DNA of 63,787 nucleotides, the filler included, from Neolecta irregularis DAH-3 (taxonomy: Eukaryota): the NCBI GenBank assembly GCA_001929475.1. It is 13 parts of 13 records of this genome, joined end to end, with 100 filler letters (N's around TTAATTAATTAA, not from the genome) between each part and the next. Parts side by side here need not be neighbours in the genome. Positions count along the whole stretch, not along the records: positions 62,175 to 63,787 come from LXFE01001094.1; 12 more parts are not named here. The stretch is one strand, 5' to 3'. Shown here in pieces: positions 62,387 to 63,787 of this stretch. Position 1 is the first letter of the stretch, and each line of letters starts with the position of its first letter. The translations under genes were made by a program, and so were the position numbers. Under the pieces are notes generated by a model. The model searched no databases and was not told where the DNA came from. It saw nothing but the letters and a program-made list of their open reading frames with translations.

Positions 62387-62589
62387 TGTAGGGACATAAG
62401 CCCTTAACACACGTGAAGATGTTATCAATATTGGGGACATTCAATATTGGAGTATATTAACCTGCATGATTACGCATACCTAACCAAGTTCCCGCACTTA
62501 GGTTAGGTATACTCCCTGTATATAAGAAGTTCCCGCACTTAGGTTAGATTATAGAACCGAGTCTTAATTACTTCCGGCGATCACTTACA
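62387..62589 (+). mobile_element. 3' LTR region (TG start at 62387 after the purine tract; family-matching unit TGTTATCA...CTTACA at 62420-62589)
   Basis: AAGGCGGGGAAG precedes TGTAGGG; internal direct repeat AAGTTCCCGCACTTAGGTTAG, TATA-like TATATAA, CA end; homologous to 20803-20951. Confidence 0.7.
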
Positions 62590-62982
62590 CTTTGTAGTAG
62601 AATGGCAATTATTCCCAGACTCTAAGTATTGATATGTTAAAAATATTTTTATAAAATACTTTCTAGCACTTGTGTTTCTTTCCATTCCCCATTCTTGTCC
62701 ATATTGTGATGTTTGCAGCACTCAGCATATTCCCATTCTTAAGGACGGTCGTGAGCAGCAGCACGAGGTGGCCGGTCAACCACTCGTGCTAGACGAGATT
62801 CTTAAGGTGCTTTGGATCATGCCAGCGCAGGTGCCCCAGAGGGGAAGCCTGGGGAGAAGCGAGGAGTAGTGTGGTATGCAGCAGTGTCTGAAGGGGGGGA
62901 GGAGGTAGTTGAGGAGGGATCGCTGTGGCGGGCGAGGTGGGGAAGCAAAGCTGGGCGAGGTTGTAACGACATACTCTGAGAT

Positions 62983-63787
62983 TTACCGAGGATTAGTTAC
63001 CAATTTTGATTTGCTTCGAGAAGGGCCCAGACTTCCACCATTGAGAAGCGTTTCAAGGTTATCAAAATGATTCGCTAGAGGTTTCTTAATTGTCATTCTA
63101 TTTACATGCTTAACAGAAATTTCAGAATGATGAGATTGTCGAGTGGGCATATTATTCCTACCTACATATTGCGATGATAAATCCAGTGACTGGAGTCGCG
63201 ATGATTCATTGATTGGCACGGTTTTTGACACTCTAAGATTCCATATATTGTTCTCTTTTCGATGGGGGTTGTCACTGATCAGATTAAAAGTCTGAACAAT
63301 ATTACGCTTGGGAACTTTAATGGTTAATCAATTCTTGACCATGGGAAGCATTACTCCCATCGAGTGTAGTACTGGCGTATGAATTCCGGTAGAATAATCT
63401 TTTCTTTGGTGGAAGATCTCGATCTCGATCACGTCGCGTAGTCCTGCGTTGTCGATAAATTTGTATATTCTGGTCATCCCAATCAGATTTTTCGACCGAG
63501 ATAATCGTGTCATGATTTCTACCAGACTTTTCATCACCCAGGTCATGGAAAGGGTTATTTCCTGCTGAATTTGAATTATATTTGAAAACAGAATTGATCT
63601 GATTTGTCATAAATGAGGAGGGTTTGTCACTGATCAAATCTAAATTCGGCTTGGGAACTTAATGGTTAGTCAATTCTTGACCATGGGAAGTATTACTCCC
63701 ATCGAATGTTGGGGCGTATGCATTCCGGTAAAATAATCTTTTCTTTGGTGGAAGATCTCGATCTCGATCACGTCGCGTAGTCCTGCG
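62983..63787 (-). CDS. Hypothetical spliced gene with a tandem exon+intron duplication (5' end off window)
   Basis: Near-identical introns at 63658-63696 and 63315-63354 join three open segments in frame. Confidence 0.55.

Overview
Eukaryotic (fungal) nuclear DNA: compact genes with very short (about 37-55 nt) GT-AG introns. The style suggests an early-diverging ascomycete (Taphrinomycotina-like); this is inference only. The window is a scaffold of 13 contigs joined by 12 artificial 100-bp linkers (N44-TTAATTAATTAA-N44), so adjacency across linkers is unproven. Recognisable genes: an HTD2-like dehydratase, a secreted animal-type haem peroxidase/dioxygenase-family protein, an MFS transporter, two GPI-anchored CFEM proteins, a minimal 4-Cys CFEM-like protein, a Nif1/Dsf2-like SEL1 protein, three tandem paralogous Zn(II)2Cys6 transcription factors, MSH1, a Flo8/Som1-type LisH regulator, glucosylceramide synthase, ALA1, a PPR protein, CDC4, an inverted pair of identical intron-containing tRNA-Gly(TCC) genes, PRP4, an RSM26/MRP1-like mitoribosomal protein, RTT109 and SPO11. 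Not visible in the ORF track: (i) a co-oriented mosaic of three unrelated decayed gene fragments (RRM, NodB deacetylase, intron-retaining PRP8) at 1.5-3.4 kb; (ii) a short-LTR family, with one copy behind a chromodomain and two relics upstream of the TF paralogues; (iii) a decayed AMP-binding enzyme gene; (iv) sharp GC-rich islands that cut through genes; (v) a gene with a tandem exon+intron duplication. I see no single clearly novel system. The best candidates for follow-up are the fragment mosaic, the CFEM/peroxidase haem-handling set and the intragenic GC islands.
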